Positions 34,883 through 43,326 of a stretch of 49,793 bases of DNA are shown in pieces. The position numbers were made by a program, and so were the translations under genes. Source of the stretch: a virus (Duplodnaviria > Caudoviricetes); the IMG/VR virus record IMGVR_UViG_3300031820_000005, positions 1 to 49,793 of that record; one strand, given 5' to 3'. The notes beneath the pieces are model-generated. The model saw only the letters and a list, made by a program, of their open reading frames with translations, ran no database searches and was not told where the DNA came from. Within the stretch, counting starts at the first letter, position 1, and every line of letters begins with the position of its first letter.

Positions 34883-35069
34883 CTTCAAGCTCCTTCTCGT
34901 ACTTGAGGCATTTATCCTGTAAAGCTAGGGCCACCCGTGACATCTCACGGGTTAGCCATTGGTGGTGTTCATGGCTCGCACCAAGGAGGTAGTAATGCTG
35001 GTGGATCTCCGTGAGATTGGCCAAGTGCTCAGCCAGCTCTGGAATGCTAAGGTCTGTATGCCGGCTCAT
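34737..35069 (-). CDS. Hypothetical His-rich helical protein
   Basis: TGATG coupling upstream; 3' part overlaps the next gene. Confidence 0.5.
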   Translation of the reverse strand: MSRHTDLSIPELAEHLANLTEIHQHYYLLGASHEHHQWLTREMSRVALALQDKCLKYEKELEDEQSGEPASGGASEPKSRRPAEGRAQGDGDQPRGGEPAGEAGGNGLEN

Positions 35070-35278
35070 CAGCTCTCTCCATGGTCCTTGTAGATATGCC
35101 GAGCCAAGGACTTGGTCATGCCTTTTTTCTTTTTCTTGGCCCCATACTTCCTGCCCCGATCCGCCTCGTGGAAGTCCCGGGCCACTGCTGGAGGAATGTT
35201 AGCGGCCTTGCCGGTCGGGCGCCAACCATGGGCGATCGCTGACATGGTCTTGGCCTGCTTAGGGGTCGAGCTAGGCAT
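35069..35278 (-). CDS. Small basic phage protein
   Basis: MPS...KQ..TM.A.AH...IP..VA.DF..AD pattern; GAGGTG RBS. Confidence 0.7.
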   Translation of the reverse strand: MPSSTPKQAKTMSAIAHGWRPTGKAANIPPAVARDFHEADRGRKYGAKKKKKGMTKSLARHIYKDHGES

Positions 35279-35286
35279 CGTGCACC

Positions 35287-37473
35287 TCAATAATATTCGT
35301 CGACCAGGATGAAGCCAGTGCCACCTGCACCACCAGCGTTGCCGCCTGTGCCTGCGCCCCCTGCGGTACCAGCCGCGCCCACGGTGTAGGTGTAGGTAGC
35401 TGCCGGGGAGGTGATCCGGATCTCAGCGTATTCGCCTGCCGCGCCGCCGCCGCCCCCGGTCTGGCCATTACCCGTGCCACCAGCGCCACCGCCGCCACCA
35501 GCGCAGGAGTTGGTTCCACCCGCGATGCCAGCCCCAGCCTGCTGGCCCCGCCCAGCGCCATTACCATTCCAACCCGACCCACCAGTGCCGCCAGGAGTGT
35601 TATTGGTGCCCGAACCAGTCATCGAGGGGCTGCCGTCCGAGCCCCGTTGGCGGAACGTAGCAGTGCCAGTGCCACCAGTGCCGCCTGCAGCGCCCTGGGC
35701 CGAAACCCCGGAGTTGTTCGATAGTGCCCCGCCTGAGCCACCTACCGCGTTGATGGAGTTGAACGTGGTAGTCCCGCCAGTGCCGCCTGCAGTCGCGGCC
35801 GCAGAGCCGGCCCCACCTCCACCGCCGCCAGCGCCGCACTCACGAACCACAAGCAGCCGCGGGGTGGTGGGCGAAGTTGGGGTGGTGTAGGTCGCGCCCG
35901 AGCCCGAGAGCAGCTGTTGTTGGGTCGGAAAGTTGGCCGAGCCGCCACTAGTCGTCGGCGGGCAAACCCAGGCGCCGTTCTGACGGAACGCGGTTGAACC
36001 AGTGCCTGAGCCGGTGCAAGGGGCCGTGCCTGGGGTTCCGTCAGTGAGGAATATCCGGCTTCCATTAGCAGCCGCGGTTGGCAGCGAAGCAAAAGCCAAA
36101 CCTGACCCATCCTGGATTAGCGTACTAGTTGAGGCATTTGTATAGTTCTTATTAAGTGCGAAATTTCGATAGGCGTTTGAGTCACTAATCGTTACCAAGC
36201 TAGCAGCGCTAGTAATATTGATGCCGAACGCGGTGCCAGAAGTATCTTCAAAGGCGTTCCCGGTTATTGAAACGTTCGTGACGTTATCAATATTAATACC
36301 AAAAGCGGAAGACGACGTAGCGTTGTCGAGAAAGCTATTGCCATCAATAGCGACATCCAAGAGCCACAGTGGCGTACTGGATGCGGTTATTTTGATTCCG
36401 CTAACTCCAGAGTTCGCCGCCATGTTAAATTGGTTACTTATTATATTAGCAAACCTAAATTGGCCTGCGGCAGGGGTTTGAGTAGTTAGTAACACTCCAG
36501 CATTGGCTATGTTATCAAAAGAATTGCCATCAATAAGTAAGATGCTAGTGAAGGCGCCGGAGGCTAAATTTAGCTCATAACCATCCCAAGATGCATTGAA
36601 CTTGTTATTCAGAATCCGAAGCCCGCCACTACTCTCCTGATAGATATTGATATTGCCCGAGTTAGCCGTTGCCGCCTGTTGGAATTGGCAATGGCTAATT
36701 GTTCCATCGCCGTGATCAACATTGGTAAGATTGCGAACGATAATAGATTTTTCAAGAATATTGATAAACTTACTATCTAGAACGGTCCATGAGGCAGCAC
36801 GTTCGAAATCAAGGCCTTCCCACAGACCAATAAAACGAAGGCCAATAAACTTGCTTTCCAAATTCTGAAACGTCGCGCCAGGGTCAACCTTAATTCCAGC
36901 TCCAGCCGTTTGGGTACCAAGTGCAGTGATGCCAAAGTTGTAGAAATAGACTGGGTTCTGACTGGTGATTAGGAACCCATTTTGAGTAGTATTACCAAGA
37001 GCTATTGTGGACTGGACATGGCCGTACCCAATTATTGTGATTGGAGCACTAATTGTCAAAGCGGAAGTTATCTTACAACCAGCAACGCTCTCTTGGATTA
37101 AGAGCGGAACATTACCCGAGATCGCCTGATTTATTGCATTCTGAAGATGAGTCGTATCATCAGTTGACCCATCACACACCGCTCCAAAATCGGCCGTATT
37201 GATACTTTGAGAAAGCTTAGCCCCAACAGTTAACGATACCGCGCCAGTGCCTTGCTGTGTAAAGGTTACGCTAGAGCTAAGAAGCGGGTTAAAGCCTGGA
37301 TCGCTAGAGGGCCCATTTGACTGTAGTACATTTCCACTGGACCCAGGCGCAGCCGAGCCCCAGCCGACCGCTCCAGGGCCTTCGCCAATTGGGATCGAAT
37401 GGGCCGGGATGTCCTGGGCGTTAGCCACTGAAAGGCAAGAAAGTAGCCAAAAGGCAAGAATCAATTTCTTCAT
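35287..37473 (-). CDS. Tailspike-like beta-helix (pectate-lyase-like) protein with Gly-rich C-terminus and N-terminal signal peptide
   Basis: DFGAVCDGSTDDT..LQ.AIN, repeated I..N.F coils; starts MKKLILAFWLLSCLSVANA-Q. Confidence 0.82.
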   Translation of the reverse strand: MKKLILAFWLLSCLSVANAQDIPAHSIPIGEGPGAVGWGSAAPGSSGNVLQSNGPSSDPGFNPLLSSSVTFTQQGTGAVSLTVGAKLSQSINTADFGAVCDGSTDDTTHLQNAINQAISGNVPLLIQESVAGCKITSALTISAPITIIGYGHVQSTIALGNTTQNGFLITSQNPVYFYNFGITALGTQTAGAGIKVDPGATFQNLESKFIGLRFIGLWEGLDFERAASWTVLDSKFINILEKSIIVRNLTNVDHGDGTISHCQFQQAATANSGNINIYQESSGGLRILNNKFNASWDGYELNLASGAFTSILLIDGNSFDNIANAGVLLTTQTPAAGQFRFANIISNQFNMAANSGVSGIKITASSTPLWLLDVAIDGNSFLDNATSSSAFGINIDNVTNVSITGNAFEDTSGTAFGINITSAASLVTISDSNAYRNFALNKNYTNASTSTLIQDGSGLAFASLPTAAANGSRIFLTDGTPGTAPCTGSGTGSTAFRQNGAWVCPPTTSGGSANFPTQQQLLSGSGATYTTPTSPTTPRLLVVRECGAGGGGGGAGSAAATAGGTGGTTTFNSINAVGGSGGALSNNSGVSAQGAAGGTGGTGTATFRQRGSDGSPSMTGSGTNNTPGGTGGSGWNGNGAGRGQQAGAGIAGGTNSCAGGGGGAGGTGNGQTGGGGGAAGEYAEIRITSPAATYTYTVGAAGTAGGAGTGGNAGGAGGTGFILVDEYY

Positions 37474-37832
37474 AGATAACCAAGCTCCTTAGAGCGCTCA
37501 TGTAGCAATCGGTGATATGCTTGATCAGGACACACGACCAGATTTCCAGGGCGATTATTCCAAGGTTTTGCATCCACATGGTGAACAACTGCACCATAAG
37601 GCAGCGGCTTGCCAAGCGCTTCTTCGGCTAACCAAATGTGCTCGTACACTCTTTCGCCAAGATGAGTAAATCTAGCATAGCCTGAACTAGTGTAGGATAC
37701 CGAGCCATGCGGTGACTTATATTTAGCTGGGGCTGCTAACACATTACCCCTACGTCGAAGATTATCATAATGCTTTTGGCACAGGCACTTCGCCATAGCA
37801 ATCCTATCACAATCTTCTACTGAACATCTCAT
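37470..37832 (-). CDS. HNH homing endonuclease
   Basis: CSVEDC...LCQKHY Zn finger; EH...VVHHVD...NN...NL...H...H; AT-rich. Confidence 0.88.
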   Translation of the reverse strand: MRCSVEDCDRIAMAKCLCQKHYDNLRRRGNVLAAPAKYKSPHGSVSYTSSGYARFTHLGERVYEHIWLAEEALGKPLPYGAVVHHVDAKPWNNRPGNLVVCPDQAYHRLLHERSKELGYL

Positions 37833-38278
37833 CCTGAGAACCACCCTGAAAGATCCGGCATCGGGTATAATCTCAGAAGCTGACGAGCCTGGATGATCTT
37901 GAACGGCGTGGCAACAAGCGCATCGATTGTGTCCGGTCCAAAGGGCTGGATGGTGATGTTGTTGGCCGGGGCATTCCCGGTCATGTCTTTGATCCAGAGC
38001 GAGAGCTCAAGGGACCCCAGCATCATTTGGGGGTGGGTCTTGATTGATTGTTGAACCCACTCAGTAACTGAGGGCAGGTTAATGGTCAGTGGGGCGGCCA
38101 GGGTCGTGACCAGGAGCCCATAGTCGCCAATGCCAACCGTCACAGGTGAGGCCGCTGAAGAGACCTTCCTCGCAGGCTGGACCGGGAGGTGAACCCAGCC
38201 AATGGTCGGGCCTAAGTAGGTCCGAACCCATTGAACAGCCCCTCCCGATTGGTCCAGCTGGGGAATAAGAGCGCCCAT
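37829..38278 (-). CDS. Putative fibre/decoration structural protein
   Basis: TINLP...IKD..G.A..NNITI...TID beta module; no signal peptide. Confidence 0.55.
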   Translation of the reverse strand: MGALIPQLDQSGGAVQWVRTYLGPTIGWVHLPVQPARKVSSAASPVTVGIGDYGLLVTTLAAPLTINLPSVTEWVQQSIKTHPQMMLGSLELSLWIKDMTGNAPANNITIQPFGPDTIDALVATPFKIIQARQLLRLYPMPDLSGWFSG

Positions 38279-38799
38279 CAGGGCCTCATGTCAGTGGCAC
38301 GACCCTTGTAGACAGTGCCAGAGTACTGGGCGAAGAAGGGATCACCCTTCAGGGCGTTGGCCACTGCCACTGCCACTGCGGCGGCGAACTCTGGGGTGCC
38401 GACCTTCTGTTCGTATTGTGGCACTTCACCCATCGTCAGGGGCAGGGAGTCTAGCGCTTGCATCACCGAGCGGGGCTTGTGCTTGGCCATAAGGGCCTCG
38501 GCCTCATCGTCGAGGGGCTCCATCTCAGTGGAAGGGATGAAACTCTCCGGGCTTCGGATCACCCAGTCCTTGCGATGCGGCTTGGTGTTGATGACACAGC
38601 ACATGTCTTCGCCCAACGACTCGTCCTGAGGCATGCCCTTCCCATTGTAGTTACAATCCGAGGGGTCATCAGGATTGAGATAACGGTTGCAATCCCACTT
38701 CTCGGTGGCGGGCTTGCCAAAGTTCGTGACGAGCTTCTGCTCATAGAAGCTGCCCATGAGATTCAGCTCATGAGCGGCCAAGAGTTTAAATCGAGCCAT
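38278..38799 (-). CDS. Hypothetical late protein
   Basis: AAGGAG RBS before ATG 38799. Confidence 0.7.
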   Translation of the reverse strand: MARFKLLAAHELNLMGSFYEQKLVTNFGKPATEKWDCNRYLNPDDPSDCNYNGKGMPQDESLGEDMCCVINTKPHRKDWVIRSPESFIPSTEMEPLDDEAEALMAKHKPRSVMQALDSLPLTMGEVPQYEQKVGTPEFAAAVAVAVANALKGDPFFAQYSGTVYKGRATDMRP

Positions 38800-38810
38800 A
38801 GGAGGTCTCC

Positions 38811-39335
38811 TTACTGTTGATAGCCCCAAGCATTGACATCAGTGGCCCCACCAACCCCCGCAGCAGCCGAGGTCACAGTAATGCCGGCATTCTGTGTCGA
38901 GGCAGGGATACATGGGTTGAAGGCCTTATCGAGTTGGCCTACTGCCGGGGTCACGGCCACTGGCTGGATGAAACTCATTGAACCGCTAACCACGCCGCTG
39001 ATAGTGGCCGTGCCACCCAGGCCCACCGTGGCGTTTGAGCCGATGGAGAAGCCACAAAGGAAGGTGGTTTTGCCACTAGTGCCAGCCAAAGTAGCGGCCG
39101 TTGCCCCTGTAGTTCCAGTCGCCGAAGCCGTAAGTGGGCTCGCACCTGCAGGGTAAGGGGCGACTAAGGCCACAGGCACTGGATTGGCAGTTGTGCAAGG
39201 TACGGCCTGATTCGAGCCGTTGTTGCACATCTCCATCGAGCCGTTGACATACGACCCATTGGGAGTAATGAAGTTGGACTGCCCAAGAGCAGGCCCTCCA
39301 ATCAGTAGGGCTAGAAGTAGGAGGAGCGCTCTCAT
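38811..39335 (-). CDS. Signal-peptide-bearing beta-rich protein (paralogue A)
   Basis: MRALLLLLALLIGGPALG-Q; four Cys in mature part. Confidence 0.75.
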   Translation of the reverse strand: MRALLLLLALLIGGPALGQSNFITPNGSYVNGSMEMCNNGSNQAVPCTTANPVPVALVAPYPAGASPLTASATGTTGATAATLAGTSGKTTFLCGFSIGSNATVGLGGTATISGVVSGSMSFIQPVAVTPAVGQLDKAFNPCIPASTQNAGITVTSAAAGVGGATDVNAWGYQQ

Positions 39336-39889
39336 AGTTGGAACCCATTCGCTGTGACAGCCGTGTTGGTGGTGCCGGCGCCCAAAGTGGCGGCCACCGG
39401 GATTGTAGTGTTCACCGCGCTAGCCGGCACGCAGGGGGAGAAAGTGACAATAGTCGGAACTTGATTGTTGTTCGCAATTGCCACTTGAGCGGCCACATAG
39501 TTTAGGCTTCCAGAGATAGTGTTGGTAGCCTGAATAGTTCCGTTGCCAGCTGCAGTGGCGCCACTATAGGTGGCTTGGAACCCACACAAGTAGGTAGTTT
39601 TCCCTGCTGCTGCTGGAAGCGTTGCAGTGGCCGTAGTTGTGCCTGTGGCCGAGTTGGTGACTGGAGTAGCCCCGGTGGGAAACCCAGCCGCACCTGCAGC
39701 CCCGGGCGAGAGGATCAGCCGGCCAAGGCTATCGCACTGGACCCATCCAGGAAACCCTGTGGTAAGGGTCGTAGGAGCCGAGTTGAAGGCACAGAGGGTG
39801 CCCACAATCTGGGTGGGCTGGTTCTGCTGCTGGGCCCGGGCCGGTCCCAAGCAAAGCAGGAGTACAAGGACTAGCCAAAGCCTTCGCAT
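39332..39889 (-). CDS. Signal-peptide-bearing beta-rich protein (paralogue B)
   Basis: MRRLWLVLVLLLCLGPARA-Q; four Cys in mature part. Confidence 0.75.
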   Translation of the reverse strand: MRRLWLVLVLLLCLGPARAQQQNQPTQIVGTLCAFNSAPTTLTTGFPGWVQCDSLGRLILSPGAAGAAGFPTGATPVTNSATGTTTATATLPAAAGKTTYLCGFQATYSGATAAGNGTIQATNTISGSLNYVAAQVAIANNNQVPTIVTFSPCVPASAVNTTIPVAATLGAGTTNTAVTANGFQL

Positions 39890-39891
39890 CT

Positions 39892-40026
39892 TCACTTCCT
39901 CTTTGAGGGGCCGGACTTGCTCTTAACCGGGGCGCTCTTCGAGGTCGAAGCCGCGGCTACGTCAGTGGCCTGGATGATGGTGGCCGAAGCCACCACCAAT
40001 GCCAGAAGTAAGGCGAGTTTTTTCAT
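39892..40026 (-). CDS. 44-aa signal-peptide-like protein with basic tail (absent from ORF track)
   Basis: MKKLALLLALVVASATIIQATDVAAASTSKSAPVKSKSGPSKRK; ATGA overlap upstream; fills the gap exactly. Confidence 0.6.
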   Translation of the reverse strand: MKKLALLLALVVASATIIQATDVAAASTSKSAPVKSKSGPSKRK

Positions 40027-40694
40027 GGCTCTTCGGCCCACTCCAGATCGATGTCAAGGAAGTCGGTGGTGGCAGGGGCAACAACGCCATTTGCTGAGGC
40101 GTTGAAGTTGACCGCCACCACATCAGTGGCGCCCCTCAACACAGTCATCTGGTCGTCATTGACTCCGTAGGTGAACGAGCAGACATCCGGCACGTTGAAG
40201 GTTGTAGCGGTCTGGGCCAGCAGGATCCGGCAGGAGTCGAGGGTGCCGGTCAGAGTGCCGCCAGTGGGCACCGCAGCGAAGAAGGTAGTGACAGTCGCCG
40301 CTGGAGTGCCATTGTTGATGTCCCTGGCCACGATAGTGGGGGTGGCTGGGGTGCCGCCCGTGTCGACCGCCGAGCGTCGGAGAATGTTAACGCCCCGATA
40401 GGTCTGGGCGGCTGAGTTCTGGCCGCCAACCACGATCTTGGAGATCCTAATCGTCTTCGAAGCCGAGCCCGCGATGGTCAGGTAGTCGCCCGCGCCACCC
40501 GCGGTCGGGGCGGTGCCCAAGATCGAGACCTTGAACGTTTTGAGCCGCGACTCGATACCGGCCTGGAGCCAAACCGCGTTCGGCTGAGGAACGGTATTGA
40601 TCCCGGGCTGGCTGGTCTGACTCAGCGCGATGCCGACCCAGGCGATAGCCAGGGCAGAGACTGCCCCAGCTACAAGTGTGGTAAACTTCTTCAT
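40023..40694 (-). CDS. Signal-peptide-bearing beta-rich protein
   Basis: MKKFTTLVAGAVSALAIAWVGIALS-Q; two Cys; GAGG RBS. Confidence 0.75.
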   Translation of the reverse strand: MKKFTTLVAGAVSALAIAWVGIALSQTSQPGINTVPQPNAVWLQAGIESRLKTFKVSILGTAPTAGGAGDYLTIAGSASKTIRISKIVVGGQNSAAQTYRGVNILRRSAVDTGGTPATPTIVARDINNGTPAATVTTFFAAVPTGGTLTGTLDSCRILLAQTATTFNVPDVCSFTYGVNDDQMTVLRGATDVVAVNFNASANGVVAPATTDFLDIDLEWAEEP

Positions 40695-40703
40695 CGTTTT
40701 ACC

Positions 40704-41243
40704 TCAATTCGGGATGCTGATGCCCGGGGGATAGCCAGAGCCCACGGCCCCGGTCGTGCTCATGATCTGGCTCCAGCGGTCGAGCACGATGTAGCTGGAG
40801 AAGGTTCCGCCAGTGAAGGCAGCGGTGGCCACCCGGTACTGGAGCTTCACGAACCGGGGAGTGGGCGAGCCCGCAGGGACCTCCGGCCAGTCGATGTCGA
40901 AGAGGTTCACCCCCGCAATGAGAGTGGCCAGGGCATAAACCGGGCTCAAAGCGAAGTCGGTGAAGGCCCCTGGGGTGTTGTTGCCCGCATCAGGGGCGCC
41001 CATGAAGGCGAGCTGAAGCGTTGGGGCGCCGCCCGAAGTGAAGGTGGTCAAGACCGTGGTCAAGATCTTCGGCACGGCTGGGGCATCGGCAATGCCCATG
41101 TCCCTGGCCCCGCCCCCGCCAACTGCAGAGACAGGCAGGCCGCCAACCAGGCCAACGTCCAGGATGTTGCTCGAATCGGTGTTGCCGATGCCGAAGGCAT
41201 TGGTCCGAGCCAGGTCGAAGGTAAGGAGGTTGTCAAGAATCAT
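40704..41243 (-). CDS. Capsid cement/decoration protein (BPP-1 Bbp16-like)
   Basis: MILD..L.F...S.N.LD...RD.G...F.S.G..TL...RF..L.Y.V; follows the major capsid gene. Confidence 0.78.
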   Translation of the reverse strand: MILDNLLTFDLARTNAFGIGNTDSSNILDVGLVGGLPVSAVGGGGARDMGIADAPAVPKILTTVLTTFTSGGAPTLQLAFMGAPDAGNNTPGAFTDFALSPVYALATLIAGVNLFDIDWPEVPAGSPTPRFVKLQYRVATAAFTGGTFSSYIVLDRWSQIMSTTGAVGSGYPPGISIPN

Positions 41244-41255
41244 CTCAGGGCTCCC

Positions 41256-42299
41256 TTAGGTGATCCGGGCTTCGTTGTTCAGGATGGCGTCACAAGTCCT
41301 GACCGGGATCCCTCGGAAGGTGGTGATGACCTTGCCATTGAACTCCTCGAGTCGGAGAAGGACGTTGGCCTTGTTCATCGCTTGGAGGTCCAGGTACGTG
41401 CGGATGACGCGGTTGCAGTAGATGACCACCTGGCCCATGTTGGCCTTGATCTCGGGGGTGTCCGAGGTCTGGATGGCCGTGGCTCCAGAGGGGGCGGTCG
41501 GCAAGCGGTAGAGGGCCCGAACCAGGAGATTGATCAAGTTCGCAGCGCTCACACCGGTCAAGAGGCTGGTGTCGATGTTGCAGATCCGGCCGAAGTATCG
41601 CCAGTCACGAAGGCAGAACCCGATCTCCCACTTGAAGTGATCCCTGTAGGCCTGATAGGTATTGCCATTCGCGTCGGCCACGGGCCACTCGCCCATGTCA
41701 CGGTGCTGCAGGCCGGTGATCTTGCCCTTCGGGAAGATTGCATGGCCCGTGTCGGCGCCCCAAGTGGCGATCCAGATGCTCGTGTTGACGGCAGCGAGGC
41801 CGCCAGCGTCGAGCACGTTGAACGCGGTTTGGCTAGTGGCAGTGTTGACCGTGGCATAGCGGGGGGCAAACCCACTGAAGCGCTCAGGATTGACCTGCTG
41901 GTTGCCATAGATCAGGGTGGCGGCCACCTGCTGCGACATGCCTTCAAGGAAGGCCTTGACTTCCGAGAGTCGGAACTCCGGAGTGTTGCCGTTCAGATCC
42001 GCGATGTCCTTGTCGATAACCGCGTAGGTTTCCAGGTTACCGCAGGTGTCGGTCAACTGAGCGGTGGTCGACTTCGCGTTCGGCACGCCTTGGTTCAACA
42101 GGCGCCAAGTTGCCTGAGGGAGGCCGGTGCGAACGGTCGTCTTGTGCCCGGTGGGCAGGTTGCCTTCGAGAACAAACATGTCCTCGAGGATCTCATTCGT
42201 CTGGCTGAGCAACTCGATGATCGCGGCGATGTGATAGTCGTCCTCGACCCGTCTTGCCCAGTCGGCATACGTAAGGGCGGTTGCGCCAATGATAGCCAC
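41256..42299 (-). CDS. Major capsid protein (BPP-1-like HK97 fold)
   Basis: IIELLSQTNEILED...EGN.PTGH.T..RTGLP..TWR..N.GV...DWRY..RI.NID...F.GIPVR..DAI.N.EA. Confidence 0.92.
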   Translation of the reverse strand: MAIIGATALTYADWARRVEDDYHIAAIIELLSQTNEILEDMFVLEGNLPTGHKTTVRTGLPQATWRLLNQGVPNAKSTTAQLTDTCGNLETYAVIDKDIADLNGNTPEFRLSEVKAFLEGMSQQVAATLIYGNQQVNPERFSGFAPRYATVNTATSQTAFNVLDAGGLAAVNTSIWIATWGADTGHAIFPKGKITGLQHRDMGEWPVADANGNTYQAYRDHFKWEIGFCLRDWRYFGRICNIDTSLLTGVSAANLINLLVRALYRLPTAPSGATAIQTSDTPEIKANMGQVVIYCNRVIRTYLDLQAMNKANVLLRLEEFNGKVITTFRGIPVRTCDAILNNEARIT

Positions 42300-42302
42300 T
42301 GG

Positions 42303-43043
42303 TTAGGTTCCTTTGTTGACGAGGTGTGGGTACATGGCCGCCGCAATCGATTGGGGAGCGCTCTTTGACGGGGTCGTACCCTTGACGTGTTGGCCCTCGG
42401 TCATCTTCGCCGCCATCCACATGAACATCTTCACAACTCCGGGGTGATTGCCCGCCCCAGTGAGGTTCAGACCTTCCTTAGCGGCGCCGGCCATCTCCAC
42501 GGGCATCATCGCGTAGATTTTGCCCAGGTTGGCTATGTTCTGACTGAGCTTGGTGCCACCCACATCGGGGTCGTCCCTAAGAGCCTCCTGCCATTCCTCC
42601 TGCGTGTCTTGCCAGTGCTGCATCTGCCCTTCAGAGATGTCTTTCAACGCAGCAGTGTGAAAGTCAACGAGCTTCTGGGCCGTTTCCTGGGAGAGGTTGC
42701 TCTCCTTGGCAAACGTCTGGAAGTCGCCTAGGGCCTTCTCGTCCAGAGTTACCCCCTCTGGAAGGGTAAAGGGTTCATATTTCTCAGGGGCCCCCTCAGA
42801 AGCATCCCCTTCCTTAGGAGGGGTCTCGCCCGCGGCTAGGGACGGTTGTGGAGTACGGCCAGTACCAGCACCAGTATTGTCAGTGCCAGGAGTAGTCCCA
42901 GTGCCGGCTCTAGTGGCATCAGTCTGCCCTGTTCCCTGGGTCGACTGGGGGGTCGTCGTCCCCGGGCCGCCACCCTGATTCCCACCGCTGGCGCCGGAAC
43001 TCCCGGTCCCACTGCCGCTGCTGCTCGTATTGGGCGCGTTCAT
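42303..43043 (-). CDS. Capsid scaffolding/assembly protein
   Basis: Low-complexity N-terminus, APEKYE...LSQE.AQKLVD...G.GNHP...AMYP; upstream of the major capsid gene. Confidence 0.8.
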   Translation of the reverse strand: MNAPNTSSSGSGTGSSGASGGNQGGGPGTTTPQSTQGTGQTDATRAGTGTTPGTDNTGAGTGRTPQPSLAAGETPPKEGDASEGAPEKYEPFTLPEGVTLDEKALGDFQTFAKESNLSQETAQKLVDFHTAALKDISEGQMQHWQDTQEEWQEALRDDPDVGGTKLSQNIANLGKIYAMMPVEMAGAAKEGLNLTGAGNHPGVVKMFMWMAAKMTEGQHVKGTTPSKSAPQSIAAAMYPHLVNKGT

Positions 43044-43326
43044 TTGCTTCCCTCATCATTAGGAGATACATTTGTTCATCAGCGGCCATCACTTGGGCCC
43101 AGATCATTCGCCCCAGGCTAGCCCGGCCACAGTTGAAGGCAGTGGCGTAGGGGTCCACAACGAAGGGCTCGCCAAAGACCTGGGCGGCCACAAGCACGTC
43201 GTAGATGACTTCCCGGCCGCCTCCAGAGGACATGATGGCCCGCCAGTGGTCGTTCTTCAGGGCCGCGGCCAGTTGCTGGGCCTTGTCCTCTTGCTCGGCC
43301 TCCTGGCGGTCGAAGTCCTCTGTCAT
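42919..43326 (-). CDS. Conserved head-module protein (Bbp19-like)
   Basis: MS..GGR....L...TAFN.GR..G; between portal and scaffold. Confidence 0.7.
   Translation of the reverse strand: MTEDFDRQEAEQEDKAQQLAAALKNDHWRAIMSSGGGREVIYDVLVAAQVFGEPFVVDPYATAFNCGRASLGRMIWAQVMAADEQMYLLMMREANERAQYEQQRQWDREFRRQRWESGWRPGDDDPPVDPGNRAD

Noticed and set aside
31883-42299. BPP-1-style diversity-generating retroelement
   Set aside because: Despite BPP-1-like head genes, I see no reverse transcriptase and no TR/VR pair differing at adenines.
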